A stretch of 64,000 bases of DNA from Nemertoderma westbladi. Lineage: Eukaryota; Animalia; Xenacoelomorpha. Position 1 is the first letter of the stretch; each line of letters begins with the position of its first letter. The DNA lies in NCBI GenBank assembly GCA_032718475.1, contig JAUCBJ010006329.1, positions 1 through 64,000 of the forward strand, in the 5' to 3' direction. A program made the position numbers and the translations under genes. Of this stretch, positions 62,430 to 64,000 are shown one piece after another. The notes under the pieces are model-generated. The model did not search any database. It was not told the origin of the DNA and saw only the letters and a list, made by a program, of their open reading frames with translations.

Positions 62430-63981
62430 CCCTATTAAACCCGGGGGGGGGGTCAATATGACCCCCCCCGTGGTTTTTTTATTATAATTCTGAAACAAAC
62501 GCAGTTGGGAATCTGAAATTTTATGACTTTTCCTAAAAATCTATTGTCTTCCTAGTAGTGAAAACCGTTTTCAAAAATATTGGGTACTTTTCGAGTTATA
62601 GCACCATTTTTTAACCCTACTTTTGGCACTTTTTTTGAGACGTTTTTTGAAAATTACATTTCATTAAATATGAATTGTAACATCTCTAATTTTGATTTAC
62701 ACCGGTTTTTTGGTGTTAGAAATTTGATGGAATTCATATAAATTGATTTAGAAATTTCAAACTTGTATTTTTCGGCGGGTACCAAATTTTGGTGCCAGCA
62801 CCAAATTTTGAAATAAGTCAATTTTGTAAATTGAACGTTTGAAACTTGTTTTTTACGCAATTGGGGTTTTTTGGGTTTCTGGATTCAATGAAATATATGC
62901 GAGTTGCACCAAGCGTATCAAACTTGTATTTTTCGGTGCTGTGTGCAAATTTTGGTGCTAGCACGAAATTTTGAAAAATCCATTCAATAGATAAAATTGC
63001 TTGTGACAATTTATTTCTTGCTTTTTAGAGGTTTATGGCTGTTCTGAATTCAATGGAAAATATAATTATCGAACTAGACATCTCAAACTTATTTTTCGGA
63101 TGTGGGTGCAAAATGTGGTGCTAGCACCAAATTTTGAAAACCATCAAATATATCAATTGATTGTGTCACCTTGTTTCTTGCGTTATACGGGTTTGTGATG
63201 GTTCTGAATTCAATGGAATCAGTAAAAATTTCATAAGAGTTCTCAAACTTGTATTTTTCGCCGGTGGGTGAAAATTGTTGTGCCAGCACCAAATTTTGGA
63301 AAATATGCAAATTGATAAGTAGATAGTATCACCTTGTTTCTTGCGTTATACGGGTTTATGAGGGTCCTGAATCCGATGGAATCAATAAAAACAGCACTGG
63401 ACATCGCAAACTTGTACTTTTTGGTGATGGGTACGAAATTTGGTGCTAGCACCAAAATTTGCCAAATTACGCCGAAAAATACAAGTAGCAATGATCTGGC
63501 ATATTAGAAATGTATTCCATTAGAATCAGCGTCCTCGAAAACCTGAAAATGTGAATTTATAGCATCGTATAAGTGAATTAAAAATTTTGTGTTCTAACTG
63601 AAAAGTGCTGGTTACTTGTTTTTTTCATTTTTTTCCTACGCAGAGAGGACTAAACAGCCATTTATAGTAATCATATCATTTTTTAATATTTTCCAATGTA
63701 TTTTGCACCCCAGAAAACCTGTATTGAAAAATAATTAGCCGAAAATGTAACTTTCAAATTTGGTGAAAATTGTGCACTACTTGTAATTTTGGTGCTGCAA
63801 TATAACCACCCCAGTACATTTGTTCGAAATTTTTTTTTTTCGGTCGGATCCAGACAAGTGATACCTACGTACAAACAAAAAATCAGACGTTTTCGTAAAT
63901 ATTTGTAGATTTTAGAGGGGGGGGTCAATATGACCCCCTCCCGGTATTTGTACAACATTTTATAGCCCGGTACTAATAGGG
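62430..63981 (-). mobile_element. piggyBac-like MITE family 2, copy C (inverted relative to A), 1552 bp
   Basis: TTAA at 62426-62429 and 63982-63985. Co-linear with copy B; satellite resumes (GATTCTCTATCTCGT). Confidence 0.93.
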
Positions 63982-64000
63982 TTAAGATTCTCTATCTCGT

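Overview
Eukaryotic, gene-free heterochromatin-like window. The background is an AT-rich tandem satellite of ~416-bp monomers (415-418 bp), all in one orientation. It contains mosaic monomer subtypes and large near-identical duplicated blocks, including an ~8.5-kb block repeated at an offset of 18,552 bp. Five elements interrupt it. Four are non-autonomous TTAA-flanked piggyBac-like elements from two families (16073-17162; 18289-19843, 56924-58475, 62430-63981). The fifth is a 14.4-kb full-length BEL/Pao LTR retrotransposon (39499-53870; 541-bp LTRs with 3 visible mismatches; TTTCG target-site duplication). Its gag-pol is split by three frameshifts. After pol it carries an accessory module: a 20-unit array of GGTAC-GTA-GTACC mini-hairpins in a TTAG-rich background, then an intact ~845-aa ORF in the env position. 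That ORF has no env features; it shows the motif order of a WRN/Mut-7/EXD-type DEDDy 3'-5' exonuclease followed by three CCHC zinc knuckles. The element also lacks a canonical TGG tRNA primer-binding site; the sequence there is instead complementary to a hairpin loop inside the LTR. Domain calls are by eye from motifs; no database searches were run.
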